From Planctomycetota bacterium (GTDB taxonomy: Bacteria; Planctomycetota; GCA-002687715; DRQF01), in assembly GCA_027001995.1 (NCBI GenBank), contig JALTLO010000202.1, positions 21,102 through 85,101 on the forward strand: a stretch of DNA of 64,000 nucleotides. The letters are read 5' to 3'. The notes beneath the pieces are model-generated. The model was not told the DNA's origin. It saw only the letters and a program-made list of their open reading frames with translations, and made no database searches. Shown one piece after another: positions 1-8,694 of the stretch. Numbering within the stretch: the stretch's first letter is position 1; each line of letters starts with the position of its first letter. The translations under genes were made by a program, and so were the position numbers.

Positions 1-8
1 TCGGCCAT
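1..8 (-). CDS. Probable start of a minus-strand gene running off the left edge
   Basis: Minus-strand ATG at 8-6 preceded by GAGGAG Shine-Dalgarno (plus strand ctcctc 16-21); product unknowable. Confidence 0.45.
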
Positions 9-166
9 CTCGGCTCTCCTCAATGATTTAGGGCCGAAGTATAGCAGCGTTGGTCATGGACTTCATGCCTACTATGGACTTGTTAGGTGGGCTGATGATA
101 ATCTCTTGGTGTGCCTGGGGTATTTCGAGTTGAATACCTAACGATTAGAAATCGGAGACAAATACG

Positions 167-1540
167 GTGTCGAAACGAATCAATTGGATTTTGATCTTTG
201 TGATTGCTTGCGCCATTCTTGGCAATTCAGGCTACGCACAAGAGGGACTCAAAGAAGCACAAAAACTCCTTGAGAAGAAACAATGGGCCAAGGCACAGGA
301 TGCTTTTGACACTCTGTTAGAGGACCACGCGGACGTATTCGCTGTGCGTATGGGCATGGCCCAAGCTGCCTATTGGAACAATGACCCAGGCACCGGTGGT
401 TTTAATGCCGTTCGCGCTCTCAACATGAAGCCAGATTCTGCCCTTGCAGCAGAATACGTCGGCCGCTGCTTCTTGGCCCAAGGCCACCAGAAGCGGGGGA
501 ATCAAAAAGATCCCACGGGGCTTTACGAGCAAGCTGCCGAAGCATTCGAGAAAGCTATTGCTGGCTCAAAGAACAAGGCACCTCTCTATCTTGAGAGTGG
601 CCACTGCTACTACTGGCTGAATCAGCAAGACAAGGCCACGAAGATGTATGCTGCTGCTTTGGCGCACAAACTCAGTGCCAAATTTGAGGGGCAAGCGGTC
701 AACGCTCTTTGGCGTTACTACTCCCAGAGCAAAAACTGGGATGGTATGGTGAAAGACTTGGATGGTTGGCTCAAAGCCAAACCCAACAATGACGTGGCTC
801 TATGGTGGAAAGGGTATGTGCTTAACCTGCAACAGAACTACGCTGAAGCCATGAAAACATGGAAGAAGTTGGAGCAGGTCTCCCCGCGCTATCGTCCAGA
901 GGCTATTTATTTTCAGGGCGTTGCTGCCAATGGCATGGGAAAATTGGATGAAGCCATCGCTTTGTTCTCGAAGGCTGGCTCCATGCGTTATGGATGGACT
1001 GATCAAAAGCACCCTGGGCTTTCCTTGCACGCCATTGCCGGAAGTTTCTTTGGCCGAGGCGACTTGGCAAGAGCTTGCGAGATTGCCGAAAAATACGCTT
1101 TACCAGCCCTTCATGGAGAACGCCGCGTCAGCTTGCAGAGTGACTTGGGGCTCTTCTATCGGGACTATGGGACCAGCTTGGAGAGCCAAAAAAAGGACAA
1201 GGCTGCCAAAGAAGCTTATGCTAAGTCGAAAGCTTTCTATGCCGATGCTGTCAAGGGCATGGTGAAATACTCCAAATTCACCAGACCATGGCGAGCTCAA
1301 GTGCAAAATGATTACGCCTTGATGTACCACTACCATTTTGATGATCTCAATGAGGCTCTCAAAAACTACAAAATCGCTCTGAGCTACGACGAAACTAACA
1401 CGGATGCCTGTTTGAACTTCGCTCGTATCATGAAACGTCGTGGGAAATTCCGTGAAGCATTGCGGGTGGCCGAGAAGGGAAAAGCTCGAGGAGACTTGAA
1501 TATCCTCATCGCTTCTTTGAAGAGAGAGCTGGAAAAGTAA
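167..1540 (+). CDS. Secreted tetratricopeptide-repeat (TPR) protein
   Basis: 457 aa; N-terminal signal peptide (GYA-QE); repeated TPR-like helical pairs (e.g. AIYFQGVAANGMGKLDEAIALFSKA); GGAG upstream of GTG. Confidence 0.85.
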   Translation: MSKRINWILIFVIACAILGNSGYAQEGLKEAQKLLEKKQWAKAQDAFDTLLEDHADVFAVRMGMAQAAYWNNDPGTGGFNAVRALNMKPDSALAAEYVGRCFLAQGHQKRGNQKDPTGLYEQAAEAFEKAIAGSKNKAPLYLESGHCYYWLNQQDKATKMYAAALAHKLSAKFEGQAVNALWRYYSQSKNWDGMVKDLDGWLKAKPNNDVALWWKGYVLNLQQNYAEAMKTWKKLEQVSPRYRPEAIYFQGVAANGMGKLDEAIALFSKAGSMRYGWTDQKHPGLSLHAIAGSFFGRGDLARACEIAEKYALPALHGERRVSLQSDLGLFYRDYGTSLESQKKDKAAKEAYAKSKAFYADAVKGMVKYSKFTRPWRAQVQNDYALMYHYHFDDLNEALKNYKIALSYDETNTDACLNFARIMKRRGKFREALRVAEKGKARGDLNILIASLKRELEK

Positions 1541-1572
1541 GAGCCTTCTCTTTCGTTTTCTTGTTTCTATAG

Positions 1573-1608
1573 AAAACGGGCTCAAGCGAGGCTTGAGCCC
1601 TTTTTTTT
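1573..1608 (+). terminator. Intrinsic terminator, likely bidirectional, between the TPR gene and parA
   Basis: Perfect 10-bp stem GGGCTCAAGC-GAG-GCTTGAGCCC (1578-1600) followed by T8; short A-tract upstream. Confidence 0.9.
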
Positions 1609-1642
1609 GCAGTCGGCGAGGTCAGGTGAGAGGGGCGTTTCC

Positions 1643-2557
1643 CTATTCCGCAGCGCTCTGGCTGGTTGTCTCTTCGCTCTCTTCGACTTCTTCCAAGTCT
1701 TCTTCTTCGTCGATCTCTTCTAACTCGTCGGCGATTTTTGGCAGGACTTCTCCCAAATACTCTGCGGCCAAGCTTCGATAGTCTTCGGCGCCATTGGATT
1801 CGGGAGCGTATTCAAGGACCGTGCGGCCGAAGGAAGGAGACTCGGCCAATTTAACGTTTTGGCGAATGCGCGACTGGAATAGGAGGTCGGGGAAGTGATC
1901 CTTGATGTCCTCTAATACTTCGATGGCCAATCGTGTTCGGGTGTCCATGCGACAAGCGACGATGCCGCCCACCTTCAAGCGGGAGTTGATACGTTTTCTG
2001 ATGACCTCCACCACGTCCATGAGCTTACTCATGCCTTGGAGGGCAAAGAACTCAGTTTGCATGGGGACGATGATCTCATGGGCGGCGGCCAAGGCGTTCA
2101 CGCAGAGGAGCCCTAAGGAGGGCGGGCAATCGATGAGGACATAGTCGAAGGTTTGATCTTCGCCATTCTCAGCTTGCAGCTTGGCGAGCCGGTTGGCCCA
2201 TTCGTCAATCGCTTCCTTGAGGATTGTCTCACGGCCAACGGCGGCCACCATTTCGACTTCTGCCCCCGACAAATCGATGTTGCTGGGAGCGCAGAAGAGA
2301 CCTTCCATTCCGGTCTTTTGGATGACGTTAGCCAAAGGTTCATCTGCCACTAAGACGTCATACATCGACAATTCTAGATTGTAGATGTCGACTCCCAAAT
2401 GGGTCGAGCCGTTGCCCTGAGGATCGAGATCAACAATCAGGACACGTTTCCCGCGTTCGGCCATGGCCGCACCCAGGTTTACTGCCGTTGTTGTCTTTCC
2501 TACGCCACCCTTTTGGTTGGATATGGCGATTACCTTCATGTCTCTTATGTCATTCAC
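1643..2557 (-). CDS. parA: ParA/Soj family ATPase with acidic C-terminal tail
   Basis: [10 protein letters not shown] deviant Walker [24 protein letters not shown] motifs. Confidence 0.9.
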   Translation of the reverse strand: MNDIRDMKVIAISNQKGGVGKTTTAVNLGAAMAERGKRVLIVDLDPQGNGSTHLGVDIYNLELSMYDVLVADEPLANVIQKTGMEGLFCAPSNIDLSGAEVEMVAAVGRETILKEAIDEWANRLAKLQAENGEDQTFDYVLIDCPPSLGLLCVNALAAAHEIIVPMQTEFFALQGMSKLMDVVEVIRKRINSRLKVGGIVACRMDTRTRLAIEVLEDIKDHFPDLLFQSRIRQNVKLAESPSFGRTVLEYAPESNGAEDYRSLAAEYLGEVLPKIADELEEIDEEEDLEEVEESEETTSQSAAE

Positions 2558-2657
2558 GATGTGATTATCGGTCTCCGGGGAGACACCTTTGCTTGATCAT
2601 AGGTCTGCGCTCCCTATTATGGCCCGTTGCCGACATGGTATTGGAGCAGGGATCAAG

Positions 2658-3374
2658 ATGACTGAAACCCGGGACAAAAAGACGGCCCTTTTGATGCTTT
2701 CCGGTGGATTGGATTCCACCGTGGCCTCGTATCTGGCCGCCGAAGAATATGACGTGCTCTTGGCTATGAGTTTCGACTATGGCCAAAGAGCCCGAAGACG
2801 TGAATTAGCCGCATCTTACGGCATTGCCTCAGGGATGGGGATTGAACATCGAACGGTGTTCCTACCCTTCTTTCGGGAGTTCACCAGTGGGCCGCTGACG
2901 GATGTTGCTCAAACGCTGCCAACGCCAAAAACAGCTGATTTGGACCAACCAGACTTGGCCCAAGAAAGCGCGAATCACGTTTGGGTGCCGAATCGCAATG
3001 GTATCTTTATCGCCATTGGTGCGGCATGGGCAGAAAAACTCAAGGCCGATGTCCTTGTCGTCGGTTTCAATGCGGAGGAAGCCCGGACTTTTCCGGACAA
3101 TTCCGCTGATTTTGTTTCGAAGCAGAATCAGGCTCTGCAGTATTCCACCGCCAATGGTGTTCAGGTGATAGCCCCAACTTTGGCGTGGACCAAAGAGCAG
3201 ATTGTCTCGGCCGCCAAAGAACGGGATTTACCGCTGGAATTGGCTTGGTCTTGCTATGACGGAGGCGACCAAGTTTGTGGCGAATGCGAGAGCTGTAAAC
3301 GATTCGACCGAGCCATTGATGCAGCGGATGCTCGTGCCTGGTATCAAGACCGTCGAAAGAGACTGAAACGATGA
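2658..3374 (+). CDS. queC: 7-cyano-7-deazaguanine synthase
   Basis: SGGLDS, FDYGQR, VPNRN, FPD, and SCY...CGECESC zinc motif; start moved to ATG 2658. Confidence 0.93.
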   Translation: MTETRDKKTALLMLSGGLDSTVASYLAAEEYDVLLAMSFDYGQRARRRELAASYGIASGMGIEHRTVFLPFFREFTSGPLTDVAQTLPTPKTADLDQPDLAQESANHVWVPNRNGIFIAIGAAWAEKLKADVLVVGFNAEEARTFPDNSADFVSKQNQALQYSTANGVQVIAPTLAWTKEQIVSAAKERDLPLELAWSCYDGGDQVCGECESCKRFDRAIDAADARAWYQDRRKRLKR

Positions 3375-3943
3375 AGATCCTCAAATCAACCACCCTCGCG
3401 ACCCTCGTGCTTTCCATATTCTTCCTAGGGGGCTGTCAGTCCACAGAGATCCGCCATTCTGACGAAGACTATCGGACCGGCGATGAGCTCGAAGGCCTCA
3501 ATGTCACGGAGATCGTAGTTGAGCCTGTGGATATGGGACCGGCTGTCATGGCTGAAAGCATTGAAGAAAGGCAACTTCCGGCCCGCAAAATGCGACGGAT
3601 GATCAGGCGGTATTTGATCGAGCGGAAAGACTACGCAGCCCCCCGCGAAAACTGGGTTGACGAGCGGTTGTCAGATCCTCGTTCCATGGACACGGATGCA
3701 CTTATGTCCGTATCGGTCTTGCAATGGGATACTTCGAGATTGGAACGCCGGGGCGTCATCTACGCCACCGCGACGTTTGAGTTGAAGTCTCCCGACAAGA
3801 GTACCTTGCTTTGGCGTTACACCTGCCGTGATTATCAACTGATTGTCGAAGCTCCCCATGGGGGCAAGGCTGTGAGCGGTAACAACATTGCCGCAGCTCG
3901 TCTCTTGGCGGAAACCGCCTTGTCCCGCTTGCCTCGAAAATAG
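3371..3943 (+). CDS. Hypothetical lipoprotein
   Basis: Basic N-terminus, hydrophobic stretch, lipobox LGGC; ATGA overlap with the queC stop. Confidence 0.75.
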   Translation: MKILKSTTLATLVLSIFFLGGCQSTEIRHSDEDYRTGDELEGLNVTEIVVEPVDMGPAVMAESIEERQLPARKMRRMIRRYLIERKDYAAPRENWVDERLSDPRSMDTDALMSVSVLQWDTSRLERRGVIYATATFELKSPDKSTLLWRYTCRDYQLIVEAPHGGKAVSGNNIAAARLLAETALSRLPRK

Positions 3944-3948
3944 GACCG

Positions 3949-6624
3949 CTACTTCCCGTTCAATTGTGGCACAGTCAGACTCTTTGAGCCTGACTGTGTT
4001 TTTTCTTGCCCAGCAATGAAGGCTTTGATGAAGTAGTCTCCAGGGGAAAGGGAAGATGGCAGCACTAGGTTGATGCTGAACTTACCGTCTTTCACTATTG
4101 TCTTTCCGTGAGCGACGACCTTGTGGTTCGCTGCTTGGTAGTTTTTCTTGATCAACTCGTCTTGGCCTTCTTGACCAGGTTTGACTTGGGCCAAGGGGAA
4201 GATGATGCGGTCTCGTTTGGCCTCGATGGTCACCCAGACGTCTTCATCTGCCTTCATCTCCGTTGCCCCTTGGATGATGATTGTGTCTCCGGGGTTGGCT
4301 GTCTCCTGGGCGTTGAGAGTGATGCTCGGAATGGGCTTCCTTAGTCTCGTTGCAGGATCGCCGAAGAGGACATACATGTGTTGGTGGTCTTTCATCAACC
4401 GGTCGATATCCAAGCCTTTGGTGAGGCTCCCCGCAATCTGCGACATGGGGTCTTTTCTCCAATCCGATACTATGAACTGCTGCGCTGACCTGAGAACCTC
4501 GCCAATAGTCCTTCCGTCTTCTTTGAACAGCCCGGCGAGGAGGGACTTGCTCAGCAGAGAGTTGGCGAAAGGGTGGGAGATCCTGGTGGAGCCGATGAGT
4601 GCTAGGGGACCATGGGTGCGCCGCATGAGCTCTTCACCGATGCTATCCCGGTCTGGGTTGTCAAAGTGTGCGGTGCTGCAGGCGACAATGGTCATCAGGG
4701 GTGAAGCAAAGCCCGCATCCACCTGTGGGACGTCCCGGATGTCTAAAATGGGGAAGCGCTTCTTGCCGATACGCAAGCGATCGAATCCTCGAGGATATCC
4801 ATGTCCCATGTAGGTGTAGACCAAAGAACCCTCGTTGAGGCGTTCGATAACCTTCTTGTTGAATTCTGCTGGGGGGTAGAGGTATTTGGAATTGCGATTC
4901 GCATAGGTCATGGTCACGTCGTAGCTTGCCGGAATCACATGGGTGAGTATCTTCCGTGCGTAGTTCTCAAGCAGGGCATCCACGACTGGGCCGAAACGAC
5001 CTTCACTGGCAATGAAGTTCAGCCTCTTGTTCCAGGGGCCGGTAATAGGTTTTGTTTCGTAGTCGACGGTGCGTTTGACCATTTTGAGGACTTCATCTTC
5101 TCGGCGAGCGGGGAAGCGGCCGATTGACATGCTCTGGGAATCTTTCGGCAGGAAGGCGGCATCACTGCTGGTTTCCCCATTGTAGTACGTCATGGTTTCC
5201 ATTGTTGGCAAAACGGGCTTTTCTGAGTGCCAATCCACATCTCGGTCAGCGTCGCCCACCAAGAGGATGTAGCGAGGCCTTGTTTTCCATGTGGCGGAGG
5301 CTGCGGTGAGGAAGTCGCGAATTGCCAGAGGCGAGAACACACCGTTGTTGAAGCTGTCGTAGATCTCTCGGTCTGTCACCACCATGGTTTTGAGACCCTG
5401 AGAGTGGCGAAGATCGACCAATGCTGATAGGTAGGGCTTGTGGCGTTCCAAGGTAATGCAAACCCAATCAGCTCCGGCTGTTTCACCTCTGAGATCGCGT
5501 TTTGTCCAAGCAGACAACTTGGCCGGTTTGAAATAACCGTCGAAACTGACGGCGATGATTTTCTTTATCTTCTGAGGGCTACAGTCGACCGTGGAGCCTT
5601 CAAGCCAAGCTCGACGATTGACGTCGTAGAATCGATTGCGTCTTGTCCCAACACCAACGAAATGAAGTCCAACTGAGGATGAGGCCTGAGGCACATGGAG
5701 TTGGTAGAGGATTTGGGGTTGTTTTGTTGTCGGACCGGTGAGAAGCGTTTTGTAGGTGAGGGAAACGGAATCGACCAAGAGGTCGTTTCTGCGAATTGGA
5801 TTGACTTGGTTTCCCTTGTCTTTCCAAGTGACTTGGCGAGAGACGTTGCGGATGGTCAATACGGTTGCACTCTTGACCAGCTCGGTAGGGACATCAAATG
5901 AAACTTCTATCTGGTTGCCGCCGACCCAGGTTTTACGACCGACGAATTTTCCGGCAAGTTCGCAAACCATTTCCTGTTTGGCGCTCTGTGATGCAGGGCC
6001 TCTGAGTCGAACAACGAGCTTCGCCTGGACCTTGTCCACCGGCCGCGGGCGGGGAGAGGTGTGCAGCAAGAAACTGGCAAAGTTCTTGGTCGGTGAGCCT
6101 GGCTTGTTTACCGCCGGGGGGATGCGGGCCCAAAACCAATGTGTGCGGTCTTCTCGTTTCAGGTCTAAGAGGTCGGCGCGCACGGTTTTCATGGGGTCAT
6201 AGATGAGGTCCTTCTCAAACTCTTGCTCTAAGAAACATTCTTTCAAGGTCTCAGCCGTGGGCCGGGGGCGATAAACGCGAATGCGGTTGGTTCTGGGTTT
6301 GAATTCCAGGTGGTAGACGCCGTTCTTGGAGTAAGGGCTGGCACTAGCTTCGCCGTAGAAAATGAAACTGCTTGAGCGATCAAAGCGCCCGCCGTTGAGA
6401 GAGCGAAACGTCATGGGCGTCTCCAATCGCCCTTTCATCAGACGCATGCGCTCAGAATTGAGGGGGCGACCATTCACCAGATGGGCGATGTCATTCCATG
6501 TGACTTCATAGAGACCGTCCCGATTTACCTCGATTCGGACACCTGGGCTGGTGGATTGAGCATGAATCGTCATGCCAAGAAAAAGAAAGCAGGCAAGTTT
6601 CAAAATCAATCGCGTGTGCGCCAT
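3949..6624 (-). CDS. Secreted C25 (gingipain-family) cysteine peptidase with PorU-like architecture
   Basis: Signal peptide; RYILLVGDA, IGRFPAR, catalytic His in YMGHG and Cys in VACS, YVLFGDPA; Ig-like C-terminus. Confidence 0.85.
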   Translation of the reverse strand: MAHTRLILKLACFLFLGMTIHAQSTSPGVRIEVNRDGLYEVTWNDIAHLVNGRPLNSERMRLMKGRLETPMTFRSLNGGRFDRSSSFIFYGEASASPYSKNGVYHLEFKPRTNRIRVYRPRPTAETLKECFLEQEFEKDLIYDPMKTVRADLLDLKREDRTHWFWARIPPAVNKPGSPTKNFASFLLHTSPRPRPVDKVQAKLVVRLRGPASQSAKQEMVCELAGKFVGRKTWVGGNQIEVSFDVPTELVKSATVLTIRNVSRQVTWKDKGNQVNPIRRNDLLVDSVSLTYKTLLTGPTTKQPQILYQLHVPQASSSVGLHFVGVGTRRNRFYDVNRRAWLEGSTVDCSPQKIKKIIAVSFDGYFKPAKLSAWTKRDLRGETAGADWVCITLERHKPYLSALVDLRHSQGLKTMVVTDREIYDSFNNGVFSPLAIRDFLTAASATWKTRPRYILLVGDADRDVDWHSEKPVLPTMETMTYYNGETSSDAAFLPKDSQSMSIGRFPARREDEVLKMVKRTVDYETKPITGPWNKRLNFIASEGRFGPVVDALLENYARKILTHVIPASYDVTMTYANRNSKYLYPPAEFNKKVIERLNEGSLVYTYMGHGYPRGFDRLRIGKKRFPILDIRDVPQVDAGFASPLMTIVACSTAHFDNPDRDSIGEELMRRTHGPLALIGSTRISHPFANSLLSKSLLAGLFKEDGRTIGEVLRSAQQFIVSDWRKDPMSQIAGSLTKGLDIDRLMKDHQHMYVLFGDPATRLRKPIPSITLNAQETANPGDTIIIQGATEMKADEDVWVTIEAKRDRIIFPLAQVKPGQEGQDELIKKNYQAANHKVVAHGKTIVKDGKFSINLVLPSSLSPGDYFIKAFIAGQEKTQSGSKSLTVPQLNGK

Positions 6625-6837
6625 GGTGTAGCCCTTCGTTGTATTAGGTGGTCAGTATTTATCCTGACCGTGGGCCTGAGTATAGCCTGATGGGCGAGGA
6701 GCCCATAGCCCGAAGTTCCCTCTGACTCTGTCTGATATGGGATTTGCTCCTGTCGCTTGGGTCGGCTACAACATGAGAACGAAGCCTCAATCTTGGGATT
6801 GGGCTCTTTGCTACGAATCTTGGAGTTTTGCGCCGAA

Positions 6838-8475
6838 ATGCGGGTCTTATTCGTTTATCCCAGCATTGATTGCCCTGCGGGCATTAACCACGGTTTGGCA
6901 GCGATCAGTGGGGTCTTAAAGGCCGCCGGTCACGAAACGAAACTCCTCCACGTCTGTGAGAAACTCTGGCCAATTCCCACCTACGATGAGTTGAAGGAAC
7001 TGGTCGAAGACTATGACCCAGGGGTCATCGGTTTTTCCGCTATGAGTCAGCAATATGACTGGTGTGTTGAGATGGCGGGTCGCCTTGATGCTGATTTCGA
7101 TATCACGACGGTTGTTGGTGGCGTGCACTGTACCATGGTTCCGGAAAAGGTTACCGAAGATGGGGCCTTTGACTTTGTCTGCGTTGGCGAAGGTGAGCTC
7201 GCCATGCTCGATTTGGTCGAGAAATTAGTGGCAGAGGAAGACCCCACGTCCGTTGCCAATATGCGCATTCCGGCGAATCGTATTGATCGGGTGTTGGGGC
7301 GGGTCACCTGTGCCCTTGGGTCAGAGCCGTTGAGCTATGGTGGCAGTGGTCCGATTGTCAACAAGGTCGGGGCTTTTCCTGAGTTGACAGAGCTTCCTGG
7401 CAAAGACTATGACCTCTTCGACTTGGACCACATCATTCGCGAACGCAATGGTTGGATGGGCATGCTCACATCCCGTGGATGTCCCTATAAATGCACCTAT
7501 TGCTTTAATCAAGAGATCGTTGATCGCTATTTGGAAGATGGTGCGGCGAGCAAAGGAAAAGAGTACCTGCGCCACTACGATTTTCGTCGGATTCTTGACG
7601 AAATCAAAGAGCTCAAACGTCGACATCCCCACATGACGACGCTTATTTTTGACGACGACCTATTTACTTTGAATCGTCAATACGTCAAAGAGTTTTGCCA
7701 AGCCTATATCGAAGCTGAGATCAATTTACCTTTTGTGGTGAATGCTCATGTGCAGAAATTCGACGAAGAGATGGCTGGGAACTTGGCCCGTGCTGGCTGT
7801 ATGATTGTCAAGTATGGTTTGGAGAGTGGTAGTCCTGAAATTCGGCGTCAAGTTCTTTGGCGTTATATGACCAACGACAAAATTGAAGCCTCTTTTCAAG
7901 CGGCCCACAAGTTCAACCTTCATACCTCAGCCTTTGTCATGTTCGCATTGCCCCATGAAAGCTGGGAACAAATCAAAGAGACGATTCGACTTTGCGCTCG
8001 GGTTAAGATGGGGCGCTTCCGATGGGCGATCTTTTTTCCATTCCCAGGAACGGCTGGCCATCGCATCACCATGGAAGCCGATCTCATCGACCCAGAAAAA
8101 GCGAAAGGGATGGGCAACTACTTCGATGGTTCTTGTCTCAAGTTCGGAGCTGAACACGATCTTTTGATTGAGAAATTGGGTAAGTGTTTCCACTGGTGGG
8201 TGAATGCTGAGACGGATTGGCCAACGGCACCCCGTTATCGGGAGCTGGTAGAAGAACTGGAAGCCATGGATCGCGTTCAGTGGGATCAGTGTAAAGACAA
8301 AATCCAAGACCGCGATCGCCAGGTGTCTGAGCAATTCATGAAGCAAGGTCTCCCTCATTATAGTGTGCGCTACAGCCATGTTATGGCGGTGCATTCCGAT
8401 TTCGTTGAATGGGAGCGACGCAAAATGGCCAGTAATGCTAGCCCAGATAATCTCGAACAGTACAGTCTTGATTGA
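6838..8475 (+). CDS. Cobalamin-binding radical SAM protein
   Basis: N-terminal B12-binding domain (VGGVHCT, VCVGEGE), SRGCPYKCTYC CxxxCxxC, FDDDLF, GLESGS; start moved to MRVLFVYP. Confidence 0.9.
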   Translation: MRVLFVYPSIDCPAGINHGLAAISGVLKAAGHETKLLHVCEKLWPIPTYDELKELVEDYDPGVIGFSAMSQQYDWCVEMAGRLDADFDITTVVGGVHCTMVPEKVTEDGAFDFVCVGEGELAMLDLVEKLVAEEDPTSVANMRIPANRIDRVLGRVTCALGSEPLSYGGSGPIVNKVGAFPELTELPGKDYDLFDLDHIIRERNGWMGMLTSRGCPYKCTYCFNQEIVDRYLEDGAASKGKEYLRHYDFRRILDEIKELKRRHPHMTTLIFDDDLFTLNRQYVKEFCQAYIEAEINLPFVVNAHVQKFDEEMAGNLARAGCMIVKYGLESGSPEIRRQVLWRYMTNDKIEASFQAAHKFNLHTSAFVMFALPHESWEQIKETIRLCARVKMGRFRWAIFFPFPGTAGHRITMEADLIDPEKAKGMGNYFDGSCLKFGAEHDLLIEKLGKCFHWWVNAETDWPTAPRYRELVEELEAMDRVQWDQCKDKIQDRDRQVSEQFMKQGLPHYSVRYSHVMAVHSDFVEWERRKMASNASPDNLEQYSLD

Positions 8476-8694
8476 GTCTCTAAACGAGATTCATGGTGCA
8501 TAGGGGCAGGAGGGGGCTACTTCCCCCAAGGTTTTGCTTTGCGCATTTGGCCAATCGCTCTATGATAATTTGAATCTTGGAATTCACCGTTTTGTTACTG
8601 CGGTGGGTTGGGCGTGCCAGCAGCTGTCACAGAGAGACTGTGCTTGCCCATTATTGTTGACCAAGAAGTCGATCCCCATTTTGAGGAGAGAAGG

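Noticed and set aside
6679..6684. Recurring AGTATAG upstream of minus-strand genes (38-44, 6679-6685, 21086-21092) as a novel operator
   Set aside because: More simply explained as ordinary sigma-70 -10 boxes (TATACT) on the minus strand
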